Part shown: piece after piece, positions 9,308 through 17,959 of the stretch
Position numbering within the stretch: the first letter of the stretch is position 1
Layout of the letters: each line of letters starts with the position of its first letter
DNA from: a virus
Lineage: Duplodnaviria > Caudoviricetes
Direction: 5' to 3' (one strand)
Virus record (IMG/VR): IMGVR_UViG_3300029171_000026
Coordinates: 1 to 37,504 of that record
DNA: 37,504 bases
Made by a program: the position numbers and the translations under genes
Notes under the pieces: model-generated
Seen by the model: the letters and a program-made list of their open reading frames with translations, nothing else
What the model was told of the DNA's origin: nothing
Databases searched by the model: none

Positions 9308-11148
9308 TGGCAAAAATAACGCCTGTTGATTACGATCCATTCGCAGAAACCAAAGGCCAGAAACTTCAGCCGGTGGATTATGACCCGTTTGCGGAAGATA
9401 TGGGAATGATTGAAAAGCTAAACGACCTTAACGACAAGGGTGGAGAAGCTTTAAAATACGCTTCCAAAAAGGCTTTAAGATATGGCATCGAGGGCGCGGC
9501 GGCTTTGCCAGCAATGGCGGCAAATGCCTTGGCTGGAACGTATAATACTGGGGCTGATATTATACGTGGTAAGGGTGTTGGCGCACGTATCCCAGATCAG
9601 GGTTCTGCTCTGTCTAAGTTATTGACAGATATTGGATTACCGCAAGATGGAACCGGTTCCGAAAGGGTCGCAGGGGATGCCGCCCGCGCCTTGTCTGGCG
9701 TAGGCGCAGTTGGTAAAGTTGCTGAATATGCTGGCGCACCGATTAAATCACTGTTACAATCGAATATGGGAACACAGGCTGCTTCCGCTATCACGGGCGG
9801 CATGTCTGGTGGTATAGCGCGTGAATCAGGAGTCGGCCCATTTGGTCAAATTGCTTCTTCTATTATTGGTGGTGTTGTTCCTGTCGCCGCTTTTCAGGGA
9901 ATTTCACGAGGAGCGCAAGATAGTGCGCGAGCGATTAAAGAAGCGACAAAGCCCTTCACTGTATCGGGACGAGAGCAACTCGTAGGGCAGATATTAAAGC
10001 AGAATGCTTCCGATCCAGATGAAACCTTAAAGGCTCTTTCAAATATTCCTAAGTATGTTCCAAATTCACCCGTGACAACCGGTGAAGCTGCTGGAGATTA
10101 TGGTCTTGCGGCGATGCAGCGTGGTATCAGAAATCAACAGGGGAATCCTTTTGCTGATATTGAGAGCCAGCAGAACACAGCACGGAATCAGTATCTTGAA
10201 AACATAGCAGGGACGAAAGCAGGAATTGAAGCCGCTAAAAAATCTCGCGATGTTTCGTCAGGTGCAATCCGAGAAGCTGCTTTTGAAAACGCTAAGCCAG
10301 TTAAGCCAACTGAAGCGTTGGAAGAAATTTTTAAAATTAAAAAAACGCCCGGCATTAGATCGCGTGAATCTGTTGGATTGGCCATGGATTGGGTAAGGTC
10401 GAAGTTATTAAAGGCGAAAGACCCTAGAGATCTTTACGCGATTCGCCAAGACATAAACGATGCTATGCAGGGCAAATTCGACTCTGATAAACCTGCATTA
10501 CGCTTGGCAAAATCTCAATTAAAGCAAGTAAAGGATGCTTTGGATAATTCAATAGAGCGTGGTGCGCCGGGATTCAAAAAATATATTGAATCATATTCGG
10601 AGCAATCAAAGCCGATCAACCAACAGGAAACACTTCAGGACGTTCAATCTTCTATTCAGTTGAACGCCAGCCCAGATATGAGATCAGGATATCCATTCCT
10701 GTCACAGCCTAAACTGACTGGAATCGTAAAGGACGAAGCTGGTGATTTATCTCGCACCCTTTCCGATGATCAGATTAATGTTTTAAACAATATTGAAAAA
10801 GACCTTGTTAGAAGCAATTCACTAAATCAAAGAAATGTAAGGCCGACTGGATCGGATACCGCTTCTAATCTTAAATCATCCGAGATTGTCAGTAATTTCC
10901 TTGCCGAAAGAGCGATAGACAGACTTCCTTTAGGGCTGGGCAAAATCCTTGGCGGCATGGGTAAAGAGAAGGTTCAGGAATTGCTTATTAAAGCGTTCCA
11001 AGAGCCAGATTTAGCGCGTGATCTTCTATCGCGTATTCGCCCAGAACTTAAATCAACGCCTTACTCTGACGCAATGGCGCAAAAACTTTTAGCGGAAACT
11101 CTTGGTTCATTAACTGCTTCTGCGCAAAGTTTGAAAAATAAACAATAA
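9307..11148 (+). CDS. DNA ejection protein (third, gp16 position)
   Basis: 613 aa, Ala/Gly-rich then helical; synteny. Confidence 0.6.
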   Translation: MAKITPVDYDPFAETKGQKLQPVDYDPFAEDMGMIEKLNDLNDKGGEALKYASKKALRYGIEGAAALPAMAANALAGTYNTGADIIRGKGVGARIPDQGSALSKLLTDIGLPQDGTGSERVAGDAARALSGVGAVGKVAEYAGAPIKSLLQSNMGTQAASAITGGMSGGIARESGVGPFGQIASSIIGGVVPVAAFQGISRGAQDSARAIKEATKPFTVSGREQLVGQILKQNASDPDETLKALSNIPKYVPNSPVTTGEAAGDYGLAAMQRGIRNQQGNPFADIESQQNTARNQYLENIAGTKAGIEAAKKSRDVSSGAIREAAFENAKPVKPTEALEEIFKIKKTPGIRSRESVGLAMDWVRSKLLKAKDPRDLYAIRQDINDAMQGKFDSDKPALRLAKSQLKQVKDALDNSIERGAPGFKKYIESYSEQSKPINQQETLQDVQSSIQLNASPDMRSGYPFLSQPKLTGIVKDEAGDLSRTLSDDQINVLNNIEKDLVRSNSLNQRNVRPTGSDTASNLKSSEIVSNFLAERAIDRLPLGLGKILGGMGKEKVQELLIKAFQEPDLARDLLSRIRPELKSTPYSDAMAQKLLAETLGSLTASAQSLKNKQ

Positions 11149-11159
11149 TCCAATATAAT
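11131..11159 (+). promoter_or_regulatory. Sigma70-type promoter upstream of tail fibre gene
   Basis: TTGAAA-N17-TATAAT. Confidence 0.65.
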
Positions 11160-11178
11160 CGCCGTAAAGGGGAATACC

Positions 11179-13215
11179 ATGACTGTCCTTCTGACACCGC
11201 CGCGCCTTCAATTCTTCGACAATAACGGGAATCCTTTGTCGCTGGGTAAGGTTTATACTTACATCGCTGGCACGAATACCCCTAAAGCCACATTTACAAA
11301 CGAAAGCGGCCTTGTTCAGAACGCTAACCCTATTCAGCTTGACTCTGCCGGTCGCGCAAGCATCTGGATTACAGGGTCTTATCGTATCGTAGTGGAAGAC
11401 GCTGGTGGGTCGCTTATCACGGATGACGACAATATCACATCTTTCAACACAATCGAAGATGCGGCAAATAGCTACTTTCAATCGTTCTCCGGTACAGGCG
11501 CACAGACTGTATTCACACTGTCGCAAGACCTTGGTACGGATGAAAACGCCATTATGGTCTTTGTTGACAATGGCGGATCTTCTGCTATTACAAACACGCC
11601 ATTCTTTCAGTCTTTGACAGCTTCAGGCGGTCAGACTGTTTATACACTGTCCCAAGATTTAGGCACAGACGAAAACGCTATTATGGTTTTCTCTAACACA
11701 ACCACAAAAGGTTATGAGCCTTTAAAGCCAACACAGTTTACGACTTCCGGCACGACATTAACCCTTACTGCCGCCCCTACTGTCACGGGTGCAGATGCGG
11801 TTCTGGTGTTTAAAAACCCTGTTCTTTCGGGTGAATCTGCTATCTCTGAAGGCTTTCAGGTTCTTAACCCTAACCAGTACACCCTTTCAGGAACTTCCCT
11901 GACGTTCTCTGTTGCCCCTGCTTCGGGTGTAGCGAACATCCTTGTATTCGCACCATCCACTCTGGTTGCCGCCGCTAGTGCTTCAGCCGCCGCCGCCGAT
12001 GCTTCTGCTGATGCCGCCGCATTGAGTGCAACTTCCGCCGCCGAATCTGCCGCTAAACTTTCCGGCACATCTTCGACAAGTGTGGCAATCGGTACAGGTA
12101 CAAAAGCATTTACGACTGAAGCTGACAAATTCTTCAACGGTCAAAACGTGCGTGTTTATTCCTCTGCGAATAACGCTAACTTCATGGATGGCCTTGCGAC
12201 ATATTCTGGTACATCGCTTTCGGTTGACGTCACTTCGGTCGGTGGATCTGGTACTTTCACTGATTGGATTGTTAAAGTCAACGGCGCAAAGGGTGCAACT
12301 GGCGGCCCAGTATCTGACGGTTCATACGGTCAAATCACCGTCACTGGCGGTGGTTCTATCTGGACTGTGAACACTCCTGTCGCTTTGACAAATGATTTTA
12401 GATTAACTCTAACCACTGGCCTTCCTGTTACAACGGCAGACGTAACCGGCGCGACAACGCTTTATTGCGCCCCTTACAAAGGTAACAGAATTGCCCTTTA
12501 TGACGGGTCTGCATGGAACGTCAGAACGTCTTCGCAGTTTTCCCTTGCTCTCGGCACATTAACATCCGGTCGCCCTTATGACGTATTCTGTTACGATAAT
12601 TCGACAGTTCCTACACTTGAATTTACGGCATGGACAAACGATTCCACACGCGCAACAGCACTTGTATATCAAGACGGAGTGCTGGTTAAATCAGGCGCAT
12701 TAACACGCCGTTATCTTGGTACATTCTACACGACTTCTACAACAGCAACTGAAGACAGCGCGGCGAAACGTCTTTTGTATAACTATTACAATCGTGTTTT
12801 GCGTAAGATGTCTCGCATTGAATCTACAGCAAGCTGGGCGTACTCTACTGCGGCATTTAGACAGGCTAATGGCGCGGCGGCTAACCAGTTAGAATTTATT
12901 CAGGGAGTCGCTGAAGATATCGTTGATTGTTATGTGTCATCTACCGCTTTCAGCTCTGCAACGGCAGCTAGGGGCATAATTTCTGGAATTGGTCTAGACA
13001 GCACGACAGTCAACAGCGCGACAGTTTCAACATCCTTATTTGTGACCAACTCCGCTATGGCTAACGCAACAGCCTTATACAAGGAAGTCCCGGCGGCTGG
13101 TCGCCATACGCTTGTTTGGCTTGAAAGAGGAGCAGGAACTGACACACAAACATGGTACAGCCAATATATTGCCGGTGTCGGAAGTTCTGGTATTACGGGG
13201 AGTGTGTGGGCGTAA
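11179..13215 (+). CDS. Tail fibre/tailspike with podovirus head-binding N-terminus
   Basis: QFFDNNGNPLSLGKVYTYIAGTNTPKAT...NPIQLDSAGRA N-terminus; Ala/Ser stalk; C-terminal beta domain. Confidence 0.85.
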   Translation: MTVLLTPPRLQFFDNNGNPLSLGKVYTYIAGTNTPKATFTNESGLVQNANPIQLDSAGRASIWITGSYRIVVEDAGGSLITDDDNITSFNTIEDAANSYFQSFSGTGAQTVFTLSQDLGTDENAIMVFVDNGGSSAITNTPFFQSLTASGGQTVYTLSQDLGTDENAIMVFSNTTTKGYEPLKPTQFTTSGTTLTLTAAPTVTGADAVLVFKNPVLSGESAISEGFQVLNPNQYTLSGTSLTFSVAPASGVANILVFAPSTLVAAASASAAAADASADAAALSATSAAESAAKLSGTSSTSVAIGTGTKAFTTEADKFFNGQNVRVYSSANNANFMDGLATYSGTSLSVDVTSVGGSGTFTDWIVKVNGAKGATGGPVSDGSYGQITVTGGGSIWTVNTPVALTNDFRLTLTTGLPVTTADVTGATTLYCAPYKGNRIALYDGSAWNVRTSSQFSLALGTLTSGRPYDVFCYDNSTVPTLEFTAWTNDSTRATALVYQDGVLVKSGALTRRYLGTFYTTSTTATEDSAAKRLLYNYYNRVLRKMSRIESTASWAYSTAAFRQANGAAANQLEFIQGVAEDIVDCYVSSTAFSSATAARGIISGIGLDSTTVNSATVSTSLFVTNSAMANATALYKEVPAAGRHTLVWLERGAGTDTQTWYSQYIAGVGSSGITGSVWA

Positions 13216-13751
13216 TGTTATTATCGGCATTTATGGCTATATGCTCTTTGCTTCACGGTTTAGATATCGTTAAGGACAAGGGCTTTAAACTTCCCGTCAG
13301 GGCTTTATACGCTATTCCATTTGGCTTGCCGTATCTCCTAACAGGCCATTACATCCTTGGTTCAATAGCAGTTATCATTTCATTCTTCGCTATTGCTACA
13401 GGCCATGGAATAGCTCTGCCGTGGGGTAACTTGGGATTCTCGACTGGTTATCCGGATCAAGCGCAAGAAATCATGAACGGTCGCAAACAAAGAATCCAGC
13501 CTATTGTTGATTGGCTTGCTGAAAAACTCGGAATTGAAAGACATGGCGTTGATGGCCTTTACTCAAAAAACTACTGCCGGTTATTCATGTCCGTTAAGGG
13601 CTTTCTTGTTGGCCTTCCTGTCGGTGGCATTATAACGGCTATCACGTGGCCTTTATCGTATGAAATAGGCCACAGATTAAAATGCAACTATGTGTCTGAA
13701 TTGCTTTGTGGGGCTTCTGCTGGTATAGTCATTTCATTAATGGTGTTCTGA
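13215..13751 (+). CDS. Multi-pass membrane protein, unknown function
   Basis: Several hydrophobic segments; TAATG coupling gives start 13215. Confidence 0.6.
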   Translation: MLLSAFMAICSLLHGLDIVKDKGFKLPVRALYAIPFGLPYLLTGHYILGSIAVIISFFAIATGHGIALPWGNLGFSTGYPDQAQEIMNGRKQRIQPIVDWLAEKLGIERHGVDGLYSKNYCRLFMSVKGFLVGLPVGGIITAITWPLSYEIGHRLKCNYVSELLCGASAGIVISLMVF

Positions 13752-13951
13752 TGATTGACAATAACAACATCTTCCAAATGATTATGAAGCGTTTTGATGA
13801 TCAAGACGCTAAGATCGATGATATTGCCAAGGGTCAGGAACAGATCAAAACAGACCTTGCAAGACGTAACGGATTCTTATCTGGTGCTTTGTTTGTATTC
13901 GGCGCGGTGTGGACATTTATAACATACGTTTTCAAAGGTGAATCATCTTGA
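13751..13951 (+). CDS. Small coiled-coil plus C-terminal TM protein (holin/XhlA-like candidate)
   Basis: MIDNNN...coiled coil...GALFVFGAVWTFITYVF, directly before endolysin. Confidence 0.55.
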   Translation: MIDNNNIFQMIMKRFDDQDAKIDDIAKGQEQIKTDLARRNGFLSGALFVFGAVWTFITYVFKGESS

Positions 13952-14481
13952 AAAGATACGAAGCGGCTTTCCTTGTTGCGGTTAATACAATCCTACGCCA
14001 TGAGGGTGGATTTAACAACGTCAAAGGTGACTCTGGTGGAGCAACAAACTACGGCATAAGCCTACGTTTATTAAAAGACCTTGATATTGATATAAACGAT
14101 GATGGCGATATTAATATCCATGACATCCGATCACTAACACAGGACGAAGCAATTGATATTTATCACCGTGAATGGTGGGAAAAACACAGCTATGGATCAA
14201 TGGATTCCAGAGTTGCAACTAAGGTCATGGATATGGCGGTTAATATGGGGGCTAAACAAGCCCATAAGCTATTACAAGCGGCTTTGTGCAAGTTAGGTCG
14301 TAACGTCCTATGTGATGGCGTTCTAGGCCCTAAAACACGCGCTTATATCAATGACGTAAACGCGCTTGAATTAGTCGAACAGCTTCGTATGGAATGTGTC
14401 GGGTTTTATAAAATGCTGGTCGTTAAGCGTCCAGAATATGAGAAGTTCCTGAAGGGCTGGTTAAATCGTGCGAAGACGTAA
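13948..14481 (+). CDS. Endolysin, glycoside hydrolase family 108 with C-terminal PG-binding domain
   Basis: HEGG...DSGGATNYGI, DMAVNMG, DGVLGPKT, KFLKGWLNR. Confidence 0.92.
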   Translation: MKRYEAAFLVAVNTILRHEGGFNNVKGDSGGATNYGISLRLLKDLDIDINDDGDINIHDIRSLTQDEAIDIYHREWWEKHSYGSMDSRVATKVMDMAVNMGAKQAHKLLQAALCKLGRNVLCDGVLGPKTRAYINDVNALELVEQLRMECVGFYKMLVVKRPEYEKFLKGWLNRAKT

Positions 14482-14803
14482 CTCGACAATCCGTATTCTT
14501 GCGGCGGCTTCCGGGGTGGGGTTGATTTCCTTTCTCGGATCTGACAGTCTGACGACCTTCGCGTCTGAATATAGCGGAATATGGGGACTGGTCGTTTCTG
14601 CCGGTGTGTTTGTTATCGGTGCTATCATCCGATCTGTTGTTGTAAAGGAGTTGGAAAATGGGCTTTCTGACATTGCTAACACCAAGAAACCTAATGTTCG
14701 CCAGTCTACTGATCGCGGTGGTTGCGTTTGCGTATCTAAATCACAGAGTGGAAACGCTAAAGACAGAAAATGCGACACTGGAAAAGGACGTAAAAAGCCA
14801 TGA
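14468..14803 (+). CDS. Two-TM membrane protein, holin candidate
   Basis: Basic N-terminus, two hydrophobic segments, basic tail; between endolysin and spanins. Confidence 0.5.
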   Translation: MRRRNSTIRILAAASGVGLISFLGSDSLTTFASEYSGIWGLVVSAGVFVIGAIIRSVVVKELENGLSDIANTKKPNVRQSTDRGGCVCVSKSQSGNAKDRKCDTGKGRKKP

Positions 14804-14879
14804 AAATAATCGTCGCATTAGGGAGTCTCGGCCTGATATTAATGCTCGTATTAAGCGGTTGCGCCAAGGGAAATTCTAG
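14658..14879 (+). CDS. Inner-membrane spanin (Rz-like)
   Basis: N-terminal TM then coiled coil; AAGGAG RBS. Confidence 0.7.
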   Translation: MGFLTLLTPRNLMFASLLIAVVAFAYLNHRVETLKTENATLEKDVKSHENNRRIRESRPDINARIKRLRQGKF

Positions 14880-15015
14880 CGTTCAGCCAGATTTAATTCC
14901 TTACTCGAAAGCTGTGCAAAATAAAGCAGCAGACGAAATGGAATCCGGCATGTGCCCTACATTAAACATCATGATCGATGACTATGGCATGATCAGAGAT
15001 CAGATCAGAGGTTGA
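14800..15015 (+). CDS. Outer-membrane spanin lipoprotein (Rz1-like)
   Basis: Signal peptide with lipobox LSGC, overlapping the i-spanin. Confidence 0.78.
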   Translation: MKIIVALGSLGLILMLVLSGCAKGNSSVQPDLIPYSKAVQNKAADEMESGMCPTLNIMIDDYGMIRDQIRG

Positions 15016-15039
15016 CAGAGTAAGAAGAATAGGTATTAT
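15012..15039 (+). promoter_or_regulatory. Sigma70-type promoter
   Basis: TTGACA-N16-TATTAT. Confidence 0.55.
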
Positions 15040-15044
15040 AAACC

Positions 15045-15107
15045 TAAGGGCTGTCATCCCTTTACTCCGTTTCCCCCTATAGGCCTAAAAATCTATAGGG
15101 GGTTTTT
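15045..15107 (+). ncRNA. Candidate ~60-nt small RNA
   Basis: Promoter, AAGGG/CCCTT hairpin, unpaired TACTCCGTTT, then terminator. Confidence 0.45.
15073..15107 (+). terminator. Intrinsic terminator
   Basis: CCCCCTATAG/CTATAGGGGG 10-bp stem followed by TTTTT. Confidence 0.88.
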
Positions 15108-15108
15108 C

Positions 15109-15137
15109 TTGCTTATTTTTTAACCCTATATTAAGCT
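15109..15137 (+). promoter_or_regulatory. Promoter overlapped by CtrA-like box
   Basis: TTGCTT-N17-TAAGCT; TTAA-N7-TTAA at 15120-15134. Confidence 0.45.
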
Positions 15138-15141
15138 TTTT

Positions 15142-15324
15142 ATGGGGGTACTGATGGGCAACGATAATCAACTAGAAGATAAACCCAAACGACCAGAGCC
15201 AATCATTCGCGGCCTTGTTGAGGGCGTATGGATAGAAAAATACGACTTCGAAGCCCTATCTAAAAACAATCCTATAAATTACACACAAGCCAAGATTTTA
15301 ACCTTTGCCAAGAAGGGCGAATAG
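15142..15324 (+). CDS. Hypothetical protein
   Basis: ORF downstream of promoter; start may be 15154. Confidence 0.5.
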   Translation: MGVLMGNDNQLEDKPKRPEPIIRGLVEGVWIEKYDFEALSKNNPINYTQAKILTFAKKGE

Positions 15325-15326
15325 GT

Positions 15327-16070
15327 ATGCGGATTCTATTCTATGATATCGAGATTGCACCGAAGATCGCCGCCGTATGGGGTATTCATGAACAAAGGAT
15401 CGGATATCACCAAATAGTCCAAGATTCTTTTATCATCTGCGCGGCATATAAATGGCTAGGAGAAAAAGGGATAGAAACAGTTTCCGTTTTGGACAATGCG
15501 ACAAGATTTAAAAAAGACTTCACGGATGATTACCATGTCATTAAAAAGCTTCATTCACTGATATCAAAAGCAGACGTTATTTGCGCCCATAACGGAGATA
15601 ACTTCGACTGGAAGCACTTCATGGCAAGGGTGGTATATCACGGTTTACCGCCTATCAAACGCCCCCTGATGGTTGACACACTCAAGAAAGCTAGGGAATT
15701 TAAGTTTACGTCAAACAAACTAGACGATCTGGGTAAAATCCTCGGAACCGGCCGGAAGCTTAAAAACGATATGTCTTTATGGCTTGGCGCGGCCTACGGG
15801 GACGCTTCTAGTGTCAAGAAGCTTGTCACGTACTGCAAGGGCGATATACCCCCTCTAGAACGGCTATATAAGCGTTTAAAGCCATATATGAAGTCACACC
15901 CTAACGCTAACCTATTCCAAGATAAAAAGGGTTGCCCTAGATGCGGTGGGAAACATATCCGCAAACATGGAATAAACTATACTCAAGCGGCGGCGTATCA
16001 GTCATATGAATGTGGTGGTTGTGGTCATAGATTCCAAGGCGAACAGGTCAAACGGGCAGGCTTTAAATGA
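15327..16070 (+). CDS. DEDD 3'-5' exonuclease (RNase_H_2/YprB-like) with C-terminal Zn ribbon
   Basis: ILFYDIE, AHNGDNFD and YCKGD motifs; CPRCG...YECGGCG. Confidence 0.85.
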   Translation: MRILFYDIEIAPKIAAVWGIHEQRIGYHQIVQDSFIICAAYKWLGEKGIETVSVLDNATRFKKDFTDDYHVIKKLHSLISKADVICAHNGDNFDWKHFMARVVYHGLPPIKRPLMVDTLKKAREFKFTSNKLDDLGKILGTGRKLKNDMSLWLGAAYGDASSVKKLVTYCKGDIPPLERLYKRLKPYMKSHPNANLFQDKKGCPRCGGKHIRKHGINYTQAAAYQSYECGGCGHRFQGEQVKRAGFK

Positions 16071-16363
16071 CAGTTATAGATTTCTTCACAAGGAAACCTA
16101 TAGACAATCCGGCAATGCCGGAAAAATCACACATGACCAGATTATTCGAAGAATACGCGAAATGGGCTTCGGCGGCTGATATTCAATCAGTCTTTATGCT
16201 TTGCCTTGATACTGACGGGGATTTTTACGTACACGTAAACGCGATAAACATAGACCACCTATTAAGGGGATCTATGCTTATGAGCGAATTAAAAAAAGAG
16301 ATTAAAGACCAGACGTATCCGGCTTACGTTGACTTCGATGAAGCGGAGGACACGGAAGAATAA
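16067..16363 (+). CDS. Hypothetical protein
   Basis: ATGA-coupled to exonuclease; acidic C-terminus. Confidence 0.6.
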   Translation: MTVIDFFTRKPIDNPAMPEKSHMTRLFEEYAKWASAADIQSVFMLCLDTDGDFYVHVNAINIDHLLRGSMLMSELKKEIKDQTYPAYVDFDEAEDTEE

Positions 16364-16505
16364 CCATCCGGCGGCATGTGATAGTCTTTGATTCTGACTT
16401 TAGACCAAAGTTATAAAGGCATTGTTTTTTAGTCTTGCCGAAAGTCATATGACCGTTCTCGTTTATGTGCGGACGGTTTTTAAAGAAGATAATCCAGTAT
16501 TTCAT
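16302..16505 (-). CDS. Hypothetical protein
   Basis: ATGA-coupled to upstream minus-strand gene; overlaps convergent gene. Confidence 0.4.
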   Translation of the reverse strand: MKYWIIFFKNRPHINENGHMTFGKTKKQCLYNFGLKSESKTITCRRMVILPCPPLHRSQRKPDTSGL

Positions 16506-16687
16506 TTGTTATTTATCGATCTTTCTATAATGTCACCATATAATTCAAAAAGTATATCGTGCGCGATTGTTACTTTAATCATTTCTTCTTCGCTGAATCC
16601 CTCGTGATCCATTAAGTTTTCAGCTATAAATGAAAAAGCTAAATATGTCCTGTCTGTAGCTTCGTGCATTAAATATTCATCCATCAT
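16502..16687 (-). CDS. Hypothetical protein
   Basis: Coupled ORF in leftward operon. Confidence 0.6.
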   Translation of the reverse strand: MMDEYLMHEATDRTYLAFSFIAENLMDHEGFSEEEMIKVTIAHDILFELYGDIIERSINNK

Positions 16688-17001
16688 TCAATTCCCATAT
16701 TTTTTAGCTTTGCGTCAATTTCTAAAATCATTGATTTTAAAATTTTTTCAAATTCATAATTTGTAAGAGAAAATTCATAAATAAAATCTCTAGTAGTGTA
16801 TGGATATAATGGATATTTGGCTTTTGTGCAAATAAACATATCTTCCTTTGAGCAAAGGTATTTTTGAAGAAGTTCTTTTCTTTTAATAAGATTTGCCGCC
16901 TCTTTGATTAGATCTGACTGTGATTTAACAACTGTCACTGGCTGAAATTCGACTTTATTTCCAAACAATTTTATCATTCTTCCACCTCCCTTTATCTCCA
17001 T
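16684..17001 (-). CDS. Hypothetical protein (AT-rich)
   Basis: Coupled ORF; true start probably the MIKLFG Met. Confidence 0.55.
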   Translation of the reverse strand: MEIKGGGRMIKLFGNKVEFQPVTVVKSQSDLIKEAANLIKRKELLQKYLCSKEDMFICTKAKYPLYPYTTRDFIYEFSLTNYEFEKILKSMILEIDAKLKNMGIE

Positions 17002-17222
17002 TCAGATATTAGTTTGACCGCTATAAGGTCATATTTTTCTATCTTATAAACTTGGCCTTTATCGTTCTTAAACGTTTTTACGCCATAGTTTAATTCGACT
17101 GATCCAGTGACAAACTCCATGTTAAATGTAACGCCATTTATTTCACCTGTTTGCTTATGCACCGATTCCATATCCGGATCATAGAACGTAACTATATTAC
17201 CTTCGACAGACGGTTTAACCAT
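16992..17222 (-). CDS. Hypothetical protein
   Basis: ORF starting MVKPSVEG. Confidence 0.55.
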   Translation of the reverse strand: MVKPSVEGNIVTFYDPDMESVHKQTGEINGVTFNMEFVTGSVELNYGVKTFKNDKGQVYKIEKYDLIAVKLISEWR

Positions 17223-17379
17223 TCTTCCATTTCCTAACATCCCGTTTATGCCTTTTCTGAATATCCCCCACCGTTGTCGATGCTGAAACGTTGAACATCG
17301 AGCAGATTAATTGTTTCCCGTGGTATGTTTTGCAGACAGCCATGGTTATGCGGTCGGTTGTGGTTAGGGTGATGGTCAT
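17215..17379 (-). CDS. Hypothetical protein (54 aa, not in ORF track)
   Basis: MTITLTTTDR...KWKNG, fills the gap between neighbouring genes. Confidence 0.45.
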   Translation of the reverse strand: MTITLTTTDRITMAVCKTYHGKQLICSMFNVSASTTVGDIQKRHKRDVRKWKNG

Positions 17380-17380
17380 T

Positions 17381-17563
17381 TTAGACTTCTTCTGTTGTTA
17401 TTTCGGTAACCTGTGGATCATCACATTCACATGAACATTGATGGCATAGGCTAACATCGGCATTTTCCCAAGCCATCTCTTCAGCTTCTTCTTTTGTGTC
17501 GGCTTCGTATTCACCTAAGAATTTACCTCCCATAACAGTTCCATATACTCTGTATTTAGTCAT
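17381..17563 (-). CDS. Hypothetical protein with CxxC motif
   Basis: MTKYRV...YEADTKEEAEEMA...LCHQC. Confidence 0.6.
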   Translation of the reverse strand: MTKYRVYGTVMGGKFLGEYEADTKEEAEEMAWENADVSLCHQCSCECDDPQVTEITTEEV

Positions 17564-17832
17564 TCCCGTTCCTTCCATTTTTTGAGTGCTTCATCGGCCT
17601 TTTCTTTAAGTATGTGCTCATGTCCGGGTGGCAAATTATCTATATTAGAATACCATTCCAAAGCATCCACCAACTCCTGCGGATCTTGCGACAGGGCGGT
17701 GCGGATTTTATTATCAAGAAAATTTAAATCTGGAACAGTCTGGCCTTTTTGAATTGATTGTATACCAACTTCAGCCCAAGCGGTTAGGCCACTTAAGTAA
17801 TTTAAAACATTATCACGTTCCTCTTTTGTCAT
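17560..17832 (-). CDS. Hypothetical protein
   Basis: KIRTALSQDPQELVDALEWY helical linker; RBS. Confidence 0.6.
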   Translation of the reverse strand: MTKEERDNVLNYLSGLTAWAEVGIQSIQKGQTVPDLNFLDNKIRTALSQDPQELVDALEWYSNIDNLPPGHEHILKEKADEALKKWKERE

Positions 17833-17959
17833 TTTTCACCTTCGTTTTCTTCAACAGATATCGAAAGAATTCCAGATAAATATAAAATCAAAAATGTTAC
17901 AGGAATCGCCCAGAACATTACCGAAAAAAAGTCAATAAATAATTGTATTGCTTGATCAA

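Noticed and set aside
11503-11691. DGR template/variable repeat pair in the tail fibre
   Set aside because: Differences are mostly synonymous third positions and not adenine-specific; no reverse transcriptase in the genome.
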